IMG/VR virus record: IMGVR_UViG_3300037419_001040
Location: 1-35,659 of that record
DNA: 35,659 nt
From: a virus
Taxonomy: Duplodnaviria > Caudoviricetes
Strand: one strand, 5' to 3'
Below are positions 1-7,627 of this stretch, in pieces; positions within the stretch are counted from its first letter, which is position 1, and every line of letters begins with the position of its first letter. The notes under the pieces are model-generated. The model saw only the letters and a list, made by a program, of their open reading frames with translations, was not told where the DNA came from and searched no databases. A program made the translations under genes and the position numbers.

Positions 1-121
1 TGCGTCGAACAGCATCCCGAAGTGGCGGCAGGACGACATTCTCGAGGCCGCTCTCGCGAACGGCGTGCAAATCTCGACTGGCGACTTCCCTCCGCCCAAG
101 CAGCGGAAGCAAGCCGCATGA
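1..121 (+). CDS. 3' end of a Cro-like HTH regulator (partial)
   Basis: Frame 2 reads ASNSIPKWRQDDILEAALANGVQISTGDFPPPKQRKQAA*, with TGA at 119-121. It resembles the C-terminus of alphaproteobacterial phage Cro-like proteins and heads the rightward early operon. Confidence 0.55.
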   Translation, partial: ASNSIPKWRQDDILEAALANGVQISTGDFPPPKQRKQAA

Positions 122-227
122 TCCCCCAATTCAAGGCTCCCTGTGTTCCACTTTTCGCCGGGACAACTTGCGCGGGCGGGCATGCCCCCGTTCGTCCGCG
201 CATTTTCTCGCACGCGGAGCGCTGACC

Positions 228-776
228 GTGAGCGGGGGACTTCAGCTTGGCTATGCCGACCCGCCGTATATCGGCTGTGCTCACCTTTATCGCGACCACC
301 CCGATTATGCGGGTGAAGTTGACCATGCGGCGCTGATTGATCGGCTCGAAAGCGAGTTCGATGGCTGGGTACTTCACGCCGCCGCGACGCCCCGCTCCTA
401 CGCGGCCATCATTCCGCTTGTCGAAAAGATTGAAGGCGTCCGCATCTGTCAATGGCTTAAGTCGTTCGCGGCTTACAAGCGCAACGTCTCTGTAGCTTAC
501 GCATCCGAGCCGGTGTTCATCAGGGCGGCTCGCAAGCCCGTCGTCAGCAAGCGCCTCGTGATGCGCGACTACATTGAAACGGAGGCGGTCAAGGAGTCCA
601 TCACGCTCAAGCGTGGCCTGACTGGCGCGAAGCCAGAGAAGGTTTGCCATTGGGCCTTCGAGCTTCTTGGAGCGCGGCCTGAAGATGACCTTTGCGACCT
701 GTTCCCCGGAACGGGTGCCGTCGCGAAGGCTTGGCAAACATGGCGCGGCCTCTTCACGCTCCCGAAGGCCGCCTAG
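228..776 (+). CDS. Orphan amino (N6-adenine/N4-cytosine) DNA methyltransferase, beta-type motif order
   Basis: YADPPY catalytic motif near the N-terminus and DLFPGTG SAM-binding motif near the C-terminus. GTG start at 228 preferred over 168. Confidence 0.75.
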   Translation: MSGGLQLGYADPPYIGCAHLYRDHPDYAGEVDHAALIDRLESEFDGWVLHAAATPRSYAAIIPLVEKIEGVRICQWLKSFAAYKRNVSVAYASEPVFIRAARKPVVSKRLVMRDYIETEAVKESITLKRGLTGAKPEKVCHWAFELLGARPEDDLCDLFPGTGAVAKAWQTWRGLFTLPKAA

Positions 777-1007
777 ATGGCCGAAAAGCTCCTCATCATC
801 TTCGTCGCGTTCGCCGTTCCGGTGCTCAACGCGCTCGTCCTCATCTGGCTCTGCAAGGTGCAGACCAGGCGCGAGGAGCGATACGGGATTCACGGCGATG
901 TCGTGGAGTTGCCGGCCGCCGCGCGAAACGCGGGGGGAGGGGCGCAGGGACGCAGCGACCGGCTCGCACAGGAGATGTCTCTCACCCATCTCGGGGATCC
1001 CCTATAA
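777..1007 (+). CDS. Small membrane protein
   Basis: N-terminal hydrophobic helix. Abuts the MTase stop and overlaps the next gene (TAATG). Confidence 0.55.
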   Translation: MAEKLLIIFVAFAVPVLNALVLIWLCKVQTRREERYGIHGDVVELPAAARNAGGGAQGRSDRLAQEMSLTHLGDPL

Positions 1008-1375
1008 TGGGTTCCGTGGCGCAATTCTGCGGTTTACTGCCGCCGCCGGAGCGCATCGATGCGCTCAACGCAGTCGCCAAGACTATCGGCCTGGTTCGCC
1101 GTCGATACACGCTGACCGCCAAGGATATCGCGCGGTCGCTGACGCAGCCGAACGGGGAGTCGCCTGACCCTGACACAATCGGGCGGGCCGAGCGCGGCGA
1201 AAACCTGCTGAGCTTCGACCTGATCGCGCAGCTGGCCTTCCTGTACGGCGACTGCGCCGCGCCGCTGCGTGCGCTGCTGGAGCCCGCCCCGACAGCCGAG
1301 CCGACGACGCTCGAAGATCGCTTGGAGCGCATCGAGCGTGAGGCCGCCGCCATTCGACGGGAGCTTCAGGCATGA
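1007..1375 (+). CDS. HTH DNA-binding protein (XRE-like, CII position)
   Basis: LTAKDIARSL...DTIGRAERGENLLSFDLIAQLA pattern. ATG at 1007 is coupled to the upstream stop. Confidence 0.6.
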   Translation: MGSVAQFCGLLPPPERIDALNAVAKTIGLVRRRYTLTAKDIARSLTQPNGESPDPDTIGRAERGENLLSFDLIAQLAFLYGDCAAPLRALLEPAPTAEPTTLEDRLERIEREAAAIRRELQA

Positions 1376-1518
1376 ACCGCGCCGCCTCCCTCACCCTCTC
1401 GGCGGGCAAGCTGCTGTGGAAAGCCTACACCTGCCACGTCCTCGTGTTCACCGCGGGCGTCATCTGCGGCACCGTCGAAGCCTTCGTCATCCTCGCCGCA
1501 ATGTGGGGGCCGAGATGA
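1372..1518 (+). CDS. Small hydrophobic hypothetical protein (48 aa)
   Basis: ATGA overlaps at both ends; reads MNRAASLTLSAGKLLWKAYTCHVLVFTAGVICGTVEAFVILAAMWGPR. Confidence 0.5.
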   Translation: MNRAASLTLSAGKLLWKAYTCHVLVFTAGVICGTVEAFVILAAMWGPR

Positions 1519-1652
1519 TCCGCCTGATCCGCCAGCGTCTCGCGCAACGCCGCCTCGCGCGCGACGTGGAGCGCCGGAAGAACGCCTACGAGACGCGGCG
1601 CTACTGCGAGCGGCGTGCGGCTGCGCTGAAGGGCAGGAGGGCACATGCCTAG
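1515..1652 (+). CDS. Small basic hypothetical protein (45 aa)
   Basis: MIRLIRQRLAQRR..., coupled to both neighbours. Confidence 0.55.
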   Translation: MIRLIRQRLAQRRLARDVERRKNAYETRRYCERRAAALKGRRAHA

Positions 1653-2238
1653 CCTCCAGCTTGAACGATATCTCACCGAGCGCGCGGCCGGAAAGTCCGT
1701 CAGCGAGGCGTGCTTCTTTTCCGGCATCGATGCAGCCGAAGCCGAGCTGCACGAGGCTGACATTGCGAGCGGTGAGCTTGAGCTTCCTCGCGCGCCCGTA
1801 CGTGCACGCGCACGCGAGGGCGACCAATCAGGAGAGGGAACGAGCATGGACGATGTGAGGACGAGCATCCGCGTTGGCGATGGTCCCGAGGTCGATATCG
1901 ATCTCACCAAGGACATCAACGATCCCGCGAACGCCGACGCCAAGGAACAGATGAGCGGCATGTTCAGCAAGCCGGCGACCGCGGCCGGCGAAAACCTGAA
2001 ACGATACATCGAGCGCGTCGAGCGTCTCGATGCCGAGATCAAAGACCTGAATGGCGACAAGAGCGATCTGTTTCAGGAGATGAAATCGAACGGGTATGAC
2101 CCGAAGACCGTCAAGCGCATCCTGAAGCTTCGCAAAATGGGCACGCACGAACGGCAGGAAGCCGAGGCGCTGCTTTCGACGTACATGGATGCCATCGGCA
2201 TGACGCCGATCGAACACGCCATCGCGCTCGCGGCATAG
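1645..2238 (+). CDS. gapR: GapR/DUF2312 (UPF0335) nucleoid-associated protein with N-terminal extension
   Basis: C-terminal LKRYIERVERLDAEIKDLNGDKSDLFQEMKSNGYDPKTVKRILKLRKM...EAEALLSTYMDAIGM matches the DUF2312 signature. RBS GGAGG upstream. Confidence 0.88.
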   Translation: MPSLQLERYLTERAAGKSVSEACFFSGIDAAEAELHEADIASGELELPRAPVRARAREGDQSGEGTSMDDVRTSIRVGDGPEVDIDLTKDINDPANADAKEQMSGMFSKPATAAGENLKRYIERVERLDAEIKDLNGDKSDLFQEMKSNGYDPKTVKRILKLRKMGTHERQEAEALLSTYMDAIGMTPIEHAIALAA

Positions 2239-3104
2239 TGCCCTTCCCGGCGAAAGCGACTGACGAGCAACTTGTTGCTGCGTATGCCGAGCTCGGCAGC
2301 GTCCACAAGGTGGGCGAGCGGTTCGGCATGCGCGGCACGTCAGCGCACGAGCGGCTGACCAAGCTCGGCGTCATCAAGCCGATGAACGTCTTCACCGAAG
2401 AGGAGAAAGATCGGCTCCGCCGAGACTACAACGAATATGCCGGGCGAGGCCGCCTTCATCTGCTTGCCGAAGAGATGGGACGTTCGGAGACATTCATCTG
2501 CGCGCAGGCGCGAATGCTCGAACTTACCCAAATCGGCAGACCTCGAGCCGACAAAGCTCAATTCGCCGAGCGGACGAGCAAGGCGTGGAAGAAGCACGGC
2601 CATCCACGCGGAATGCTGGGCAAGAAGCACACGCCAGAAAACCTCGACCTTTTCAGTCAGCTCAGCTTCGAGCGCTGGCACTCGATGTCGGAGGAAGCGC
2701 AGCGAGAATTTCAGTCCCACGGCACGCGATCGTGGAAGGCTGGTTGGCGCGAGATCGGTGGCAAGCGACATTATTACCGTTCGCGCTGGGAAGCGAATTA
2801 CGCCCTCTATCTGGAATGGCTAAAAAGCCGTGGCGAGATCCTCGATTGGGAATACGAGCCCACGACCTTTTGGTTCGAGAAGATCAAGCGCGGCGTCCGC
2901 TCATACAAACCTGACTTTCGTGTTCACGAAGTGGGCGGTGCCAAGCCTTATCACGAAGTCAAAGGGTGGATGGATTCTCGTAGCCGCACGACGCTCAAGC
3001 GGATGGCGAAATACCATCCGAATGAGACGGTCATTGTGATCGACCGCAAAGCCTACAACGCGATCGCGCGAACTGCATCGTCGCTGTTGGAGGGCTGGGA
3101 ATGA
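2238..3104 (+). CDS. PD-(D/E)xK endonuclease (DUF1064-like) with N-terminal HTH and NUMOD3-like motif
   Basis: YRSRWEANYA...WEYEP...YKPDF...EVKGW nuclease motifs; HPRGMLGKKHTPE NUMOD3-like motif. Confidence 0.75.
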   Translation: MPFPAKATDEQLVAAYAELGSVHKVGERFGMRGTSAHERLTKLGVIKPMNVFTEEEKDRLRRDYNEYAGRGRLHLLAEEMGRSETFICAQARMLELTQIGRPRADKAQFAERTSKAWKKHGHPRGMLGKKHTPENLDLFSQLSFERWHSMSEEAQREFQSHGTRSWKAGWREIGGKRHYYRSRWEANYALYLEWLKSRGEILDWEYEPTTFWFEKIKRGVRSYKPDFRVHEVGGAKPYHEVKGWMDSRSRTTLKRMAKYHPNETVIVIDRKAYNAIARTASSLLEGWE

Positions 3105-3301
3105 CCTGGACCACCGCCCAGCGCCGCGTGAAGCGCAGAGAATACGACCGGCTCTACAAGTCCGGCCCCGCGTCCAACGTGCGCGTCGACGGCGCCCGCA
3201 TCGTCATTCCGGCCGACGTGCAGCGGGTGGAGCATAGCGAGCCCTGTTTTCGCTGTGGGACTGCGCGCGGGTGTCGGCATCGGGAGGCGGCGTGCGCATG
3301 A
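3101..3301 (+). CDS. Hypothetical protein with C-terminal CxxC...CxH motif
   Basis: PCFRCGTARGCRH; ATGA-coupled. Confidence 0.6.
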   Translation: MTWTTAQRRVKRREYDRLYKSGPASNVRVDGARIVIPADVQRVEHSEPCFRCGTARGCRHREAACA

Positions 3302-3435
3302 TCGACCACTTTGCCGAGCACCTGTCGCATCATGGCGACATCGCGAAGGCTGCGGCTCAGCTGGGGCAATCGCTCGCGTGGGGCAAGCGCCAGTTCCGCG
3401 AGCTTTGCCGCGAGCTCGGGGAGCAGGCGGCGTGA
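3298..3435 (+). CDS. Small HTH-like hypothetical protein (45 aa)
   Basis: MIDHFAEHLSHHGDIAKAAAQLGQSLAWGKRQFRELCRELGEQAA; ATGA and GTGA overlaps; RBS GGAGG. Confidence 0.6.
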   Translation: MIDHFAEHLSHHGDIAKAAAQLGQSLAWGKRQFRELCRELGEQAA

Positions 3436-4094
3436 GCGCGATCACTCCGAACCAGTGGACCATCCTTGAGGCGCTGAAAAGCGGTCCGCGCTGGCTTCGG
3501 TCCTTCCAGACGGTGAAGCCGCTTGTGAACGACCTTATCGACCGCGGCCTTGTCGAGCGTTGCCGGCCGCACCTTGGCCGCGCGAACAATATGGCTCGTC
3601 TCACAGCTTCCGGATGCGCAGCTCTGGAAATTGATCCTGCGACCGTTCCCGCGATGCGGGACGAGCCCAAGCCTAACAGCAAGGCATTCGCGCCTCGGCT
3701 TGGCGCAATCCGCAGTGATGCCAGTGAGCTCTGCCGCGAAACATGCGAAGCGTTCGCTGCTGCCATCGGTAGGGGCGCAACCTCGGGCGAAGCAGTCTCA
3801 GAGCTCTCCGCGCGATATGACGTCCAGCGCCCCGCCATCTGGAAACGACTGCGCGATGGCGGGCTCATTGCGCCCTACGCTCCACGCCAAAATGGGGGCA
3901 AAGGCCGTCCGCTCGGGGGTGGCACTCCAGGCTACACCGCGACTCGGCGTGAACGGTCGAAGGAGCATCAGGAGCAACTAGAAGCCCGGCCGTTGCCACC
4001 ACGCATCGACCGCGATCCTTGTCCCCGCTGTGGAGTGCGCGGTGACATTGGCTGCGCTCACAGCCGGGTTCCAATCGGGACGGCGTTCTTCTGA
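3432..4094 (+). CDS. Hypothetical DNA-binding protein (winged-helix-like N-terminus, C-terminal RDPCPRCGVRGDIGCAH)
   Basis: GTG at 3432 coupled to the upstream stop; Cys/His motif at the end. Confidence 0.6.
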   Translation: MSAITPNQWTILEALKSGPRWLRSFQTVKPLVNDLIDRGLVERCRPHLGRANNMARLTASGCAALEIDPATVPAMRDEPKPNSKAFAPRLGAIRSDASELCRETCEAFAAAIGRGATSGEAVSELSARYDVQRPAIWKRLRDGGLIAPYAPRQNGGKGRPLGGGTPGYTATRRERSKEHQEQLEARPLPPRIDRDPCPRCGVRGDIGCAHSRVPIGTAFF

Positions 4095-4288
4095 TGCGCA
4101 CGGGGGGAAATCGCCGCACATCGCAGCTGTCGTCGAAGCGCGCCGCCGCAGCGCTCGCGCAACTGCTGTCGGGATGCACCAGCGAACGCCTCGCGAGCTT
4201 TACCGCGGCGGGGTTGGCAGGAAGCTACAACGTGCCGGAAGCGAAGGCGGCGGAGATGCTGGCGCGGGCGAGAGGAGCACGCAAATGA
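4094..4288 (+). CDS. Hypothetical protein
   Basis: TGATG coupling; 64 aa ORF. Confidence 0.55.
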   Translation: MRTGGNRRTSQLSSKRAAAALAQLLSGCTSERLASFTAAGLAGSYNVPEAKAAEMLARARGARK

Positions 4289-4446
4289 GATGTACCGCAT
4301 TCCCGCCGCGTGGACCTTTCGAGGAGCCGCCCACCGCAACGACGAAGCACATGCCCTTTGCCGGGCATCGCACACTGGCTCAGGTTCGGGCCGATGAGGA
4401 AGAGAAAGAGGCTCGTCGCACGATCCTTCGCAGTTTGGGCCGATGA
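4285..4446 (+). CDS. Hypothetical protein (53 aa)
   Basis: RBS GAGGAG; ATGA overlaps at both ends. Confidence 0.5.
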   Translation: MRCTAFPPRGPFEEPPTATTKHMPFAGHRTLAQVRADEEEKEARRTILRSLGR

Positions 4447-5159
4447 GCAACAGAACCCCCGTTCCAAAGCGGCTGCGCTTCGAAGTTCTTAGGCGCGATA
4501 GCTTTACCTGCCGGTATTGCGGCCGACAGCCGCCCGAAGTTGTGCTGCATCTCGATCACATAGTGCCTGTCGCCAACGGCGGAACGAATGCACTCGAAAA
4601 CCTCGTAACGGCCTGCCAGCCTTGCAACATCGGGAAGGGCATCATGGACGCGCAAGCGCCCGCAGGCATTCGCCTCTCAGTCCCGGTCGGCGAGAGGCCT
4701 CCCGTTGAGTTTTTCTGGAAGACAGGCACCGAGCCGCAAACCATCACAGATGCGAGATGCCTGATCTGGCCCAATGAGCCGGAAGAGGTTGCACCTTGGG
4801 ATTGGGAAGAATTCAACCAATATTGGAATGGCCCCTACTCCACGCATGGCGCTTCTACGAGAGGATTCAGCCCTCACGAGGCTGCGATGTATGCGGCCGA
4901 GATTCTTCATAACCGCTGGTCGAATTTCAGAAATTACCTCGATTTCATCTTTGACCTGATGATCTGCGCATCTGCGGGGCACCTTCCCGCTTACGTCGCG
5001 CCGTTCGTTATGCGGGCCCTTCATGTTGAGGTCATCACCGATCGCTGTGGCAGGTCGACGTACCTGAACGAGGAATGGCTTGACGGATTAGCACGTCAAG
5101 CTGCGGCAATTTTCGCTCCGTTTCTCGCCTCACAGCATGACCCGTGGAGGGGCAGGTGA
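4443..5159 (+). CDS. HNH endonuclease with unrecognised C-terminal domain
   Basis: LRFEVLRRDSFTCRYCG...LHLDHIVPVANGGTNALENLVTACQPCNIGKG. Confidence 0.88.
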   Translation: MSNRTPVPKRLRFEVLRRDSFTCRYCGRQPPEVVLHLDHIVPVANGGTNALENLVTACQPCNIGKGIMDAQAPAGIRLSVPVGERPPVEFFWKTGTEPQTITDARCLIWPNEPEEVAPWDWEEFNQYWNGPYSTHGASTRGFSPHEAAMYAAEILHNRWSNFRNYLDFIFDLMICASAGHLPAYVAPFVMRALHVEVITDRCGRSTYLNEEWLDGLARQAAAIFAPFLASQHDPWRGR

Positions 5160-5162
5160 ATC

Positions 5163-5951
5163 ATGGCTGAGTTCCCCGCCATGCCACTGTGGACGGACGC
5201 CTATCTAGGCGACACGACGCACCTGAACGCGCTCGAGCATGGCGCTTATCTGCTACTGTTGATGACGGCGTGGCGAACCGGCGACTGCGCCCTTCCAGAC
5301 GATGATCGGTTGCTTGCCCGATACGCCCGCTGTGATGCTCGCCAATGGAAGAAACTGCGGCCGATTTTAGAAACGTTCTTCACGATCCGGAACGGCAAAT
5401 GGCGACAGGGCAGACTCACTGATGAGTTTCAAGCTGCTTCGGACAGGCGGCGAAAGGCTGCTGCGAACGGTCGCGCTAGTGCGTTGAAAAGACAAGGAAG
5501 ACATTCAGCGAAGCGTGAACAAAGCGATAGTGAAGCGACAGCAAAGCGTGAGCCGAGCGATAACTTAACCATCAGCCATAACCATAAGGATAATACTCTT
5601 ACCTCAGAGACTGAGACTCCGCGCGACGAAGTTCCTCCTAACATCACTGATCCCCGAATCGCTTTCGAGTACGTCTGCCGAGCTGCTGCTTGGCGCGCTG
5701 CTAACGACACTCAAAGACAAAATGGAATTGGAATAATTGGGGGCTGGCTTGGGGCTGGCTGCACGCTGGAGCTGATCCTCGAAGGCATCGCCCGAGCCCG
5801 AAAGCGTGACCCGTCGCCGACGCGATCGCTCAAACGCTTCGACAGCACGATCCGCGGAATGCGGCGCGATGAGGCCGGCGATCTCCCGCCGACGCAAACC
5901 GACGTTCAGGCGCTGACTGGCGGCGTCACGAACCGAATGAGGGCGAACTGA
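5163..5951 (+). CDS. Phage replication initiator, DUF1376/YdaU family
   Basis: FPAMPLWTDAYLGDTTHLNALEHGAYLLLLMTAW...LPDDDRLLARYA; the gene carries internal iterons. Confidence 0.85.
   Translation: MAEFPAMPLWTDAYLGDTTHLNALEHGAYLLLLMTAWRTGDCALPDDDRLLARYARCDARQWKKLRPILETFFTIRNGKWRQGRLTDEFQAASDRRRKAAANGRASALKRQGRHSAKREQSDSEATAKREPSDNLTISHNHKDNTLTSETETPRDEVPPNITDPRIAFEYVCRAAAWRAANDTQRQNGIGIIGGWLGAGCTLELILEGIARARKRDPSPTRSLKRFDSTIRGMRRDEAGDLPPTQTDVQALTGGVTNRMRAN
5510..5615. repeat. Putative replication origin: five tandem 11-bp iterons plus AT-rich tract
   Basis: GAAGCGTGAAC / AAAGCGATAGT / GAAGCGACAGC / AAAGCGTGAGC / CGAGCGATAAC at 5510-5564, followed by AT-rich TTAACCATCAGCCATAACCATAAGGATAATACT, inside the initiator gene as in lambda O. 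Confidence 0.75.
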
Positions 5952-6094
5952 TGCGCACGGCTCGCGAATGGGCACGGGATGCGAGGGCGAAGGGCTATCA
6001 CGCCCAGGCTAAGGCGTGGGAGGCCGTCGCCGACGAGGAGGACCGCAACAGGCCGAAGGACGGGAAATCGCTCGCAGCAGGTGAGCAATGCTGA
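5951..6094 (+). CDS. Small hypothetical protein (47 aa)
   Basis: TGATG coupling at both ends; MRTAREWARDARAKGY... Confidence 0.5.
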   Translation: MRTAREWARDARAKGYHAQAKAWEAVADEEDRNRPKDGKSLAAGEQC

Positions 6095-6699
6095 TGGCCG
6101 TGGGAAAACCCGAGGACTGGTTCATCCTGCGCTGCGCCGGACGCTTCACGCTGCCCCTCGCCGCAACGCTGGCAGAGGACGGGTTCGAGGTCTGGACGCC
6201 GGCCAGGACGATGCGGGTCATCGTCAGGCACACGAAGCAGACCAAGGAGGTCCGCGCGCCCATGCTGGCCTCGTTCATTTTCGTGAAGGCGCACCACCTG
6301 CACGAGCTGCTCGCCCTGTCGAAGCTGAAGCTCAAGCCGCGGCGCATCGTCCAGCCGATCAAGCGCGGCGAGCCTAACGAACCACGCTACCACCGCGACT
6401 TCACCGTGTTCCGCGCGTTCGGCGAGATCCCGTTCGTGACGGATGCGGCGCTCGATCCGATGCGGGCAAAGGAGATCGCCAAGGTGGCGAAGTCGAACCT
6501 TCCGCAGTTCGATCGTGGCGCCAGGGTGCGCGCTCACGGCAGTGCGTTCGAAGGGCTGAAGGGCAGGGTCGAGCGGTGCAAGTCCGGCTATGCGTTGGTC
6601 ATCTTCGACGATTGGAAGAGGCCCGCGAAAATTCCCACTTTCCTGCTGAAAGAAGTTGATATAGCTTCCACTCACCATCAGGCCGTAAAGGCCGCATGA
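6094..6699 (+). CDS. NusG-family transcription antiterminator (probable late-gene regulator)
   Basis: WFILRC...GFEVWTP...APMLASFIFV NGN-like domain and KOW motif FDRGARVRAHGSAFEGLKGRVE. Last gene before the packaging module. Alternative start at 6088. Confidence 0.85.
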   Translation: MAVGKPEDWFILRCAGRFTLPLAATLAEDGFEVWTPARTMRVIVRHTKQTKEVRAPMLASFIFVKAHHLHELLALSKLKLKPRRIVQPIKRGEPNEPRYHRDFTVFRAFGEIPFVTDAALDPMRAKEIAKVAKSNLPQFDRGARVRAHGSAFEGLKGRVERCKSGYALVIFDDWKRPAKIPTFLLKEVDIASTHHQAVKAA

Positions 6700-6775
6700 T
6701 GAGCGCTACTCAGGGAGCGCACCAAGGGCGGACCACCTACGGCGCACAATGCGCACGGGTGGGACTGCTACCGCA

Positions 6776-7096
6776 ATGAGCAAAGCGCCGCCCAAGGCCA
6801 AGCGCACCCGGGCACCACAACCGGCACGCCCAGCATGGGATGCACCGTCGAAGACCAAGCGCCTTCGCGGCAGGGCGAACCAAAGCGCAAGGCAAGCACT
6901 GTTCGCCCGCGAGCCGCTGTGCCGCGAATGTCTGAAGTATGGTCGAGCAACAGAGCCGACGATCAGAGATCACGTCACGCCACTCGCATTCGGAGGCAAA
7001 GAGCACCCCGACAACGAGCAACCCCTCTGCAAATCGTGCCACGATGAGAAGACGCGGCTCGAAAGCATCGAAGGCAAGCGAAGGTCTAGGGGGTAG
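6776..7096 (+). CDS. Packaging-associated HNH endonuclease (HK97 gp74-like)
   Basis: REPLCRECL...IRDHVTPLAFGG...NEQPLCKSCHDEKT, immediately upstream of terS. Confidence 0.88.
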   Translation: MSKAPPKAKRTRAPQPARPAWDAPSKTKRLRGRANQSARQALFAREPLCRECLKYGRATEPTIRDHVTPLAFGGKEHPDNEQPLCKSCHDEKTRLESIEGKRRSRG

Positions 7097-7180
7097 TTGG
7101 AAACTTCATAACCCGCGCGCCTGACACCGCGCTTGAAGCTGAATTTTTGCGCTGACGAATTAATATTCCCGAGGAATTAA
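7085..7180. other. Probable cos/packaging region
   Basis: Gap between HNH and terS with a G-run, ACACCGCGC, a T-run and two GAATTAA copies. This is the usual cos position in HNH-terS-terL phages; the exact cut site cannot be determined. Confidence 0.5.
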
Positions 7181-7627
7181 ATGCAGCCAGGACGCAAGGC
7201 CGAACCGGCTGACACGAAGCTCGCGCGGGCCACATTTCGCCAGGATCGAGATGCTGGGAAAGTTCATATTTCCAGCCCGAAAGACCCGCCGCAGATTCCT
7301 GATCCGGTGGCGATCAAGGAGAGCGACGAGGGAACTGAGGTTCTGCCGACGCTCACGCCCCAAGCGCGCATCGTTTGGCACGAGACGCTGCCGCGAGTGA
7401 TGTCGATCGGCCTTGCTGAGCCGGACAGTGCATTTTTGGCCCGCTACTGCTCGATGGAAGCACTCAGCCGGGAAACGCTCAGCAAGGGCGAGCCCATTCC
7501 CGTCGCGCTGATGACCGCGCTTCGCCAGATGGAGGAGCTGATGGGGATCGCTGGCCCGAAGAGCCGGATAGGACGGATTCAGGATGTCAAGCCAGCCAAC
7601 CCCTTCGCCCGAAACGGACGGCGTTAG
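7181..7627 (+). CDS. terS: Terminase small subunit (P27-like)
   Basis: PGRKAEP...LARATFRQDR N-terminus, ARIVW...DSAFLARYC core, NPF C-terminus; RBS GAGGA. Confidence 0.85.
   Translation: MQPGRKAEPADTKLARATFRQDRDAGKVHISSPKDPPQIPDPVAIKESDEGTEVLPTLTPQARIVWHETLPRVMSIGLAEPDSAFLARYCSMEALSRETLSKGEPIPVALMTALRQMEELMGIAGPKSRIGRIQDVKPANPFARNGRR

Noticed and set aside
5510-5564. CRISPR or mini-array
   Set aside because: The repeats are contiguous 11-mers without spacers inside a coding gene, which fits iterons. No CRISPR array or cas gene was seen anywhere.
7157-7180. CtrA box upstream of terS
   Set aside because: The two TTAA half-sites are 13 nt apart rather than 7. They are more likely part of the cos/terminase-binding region.
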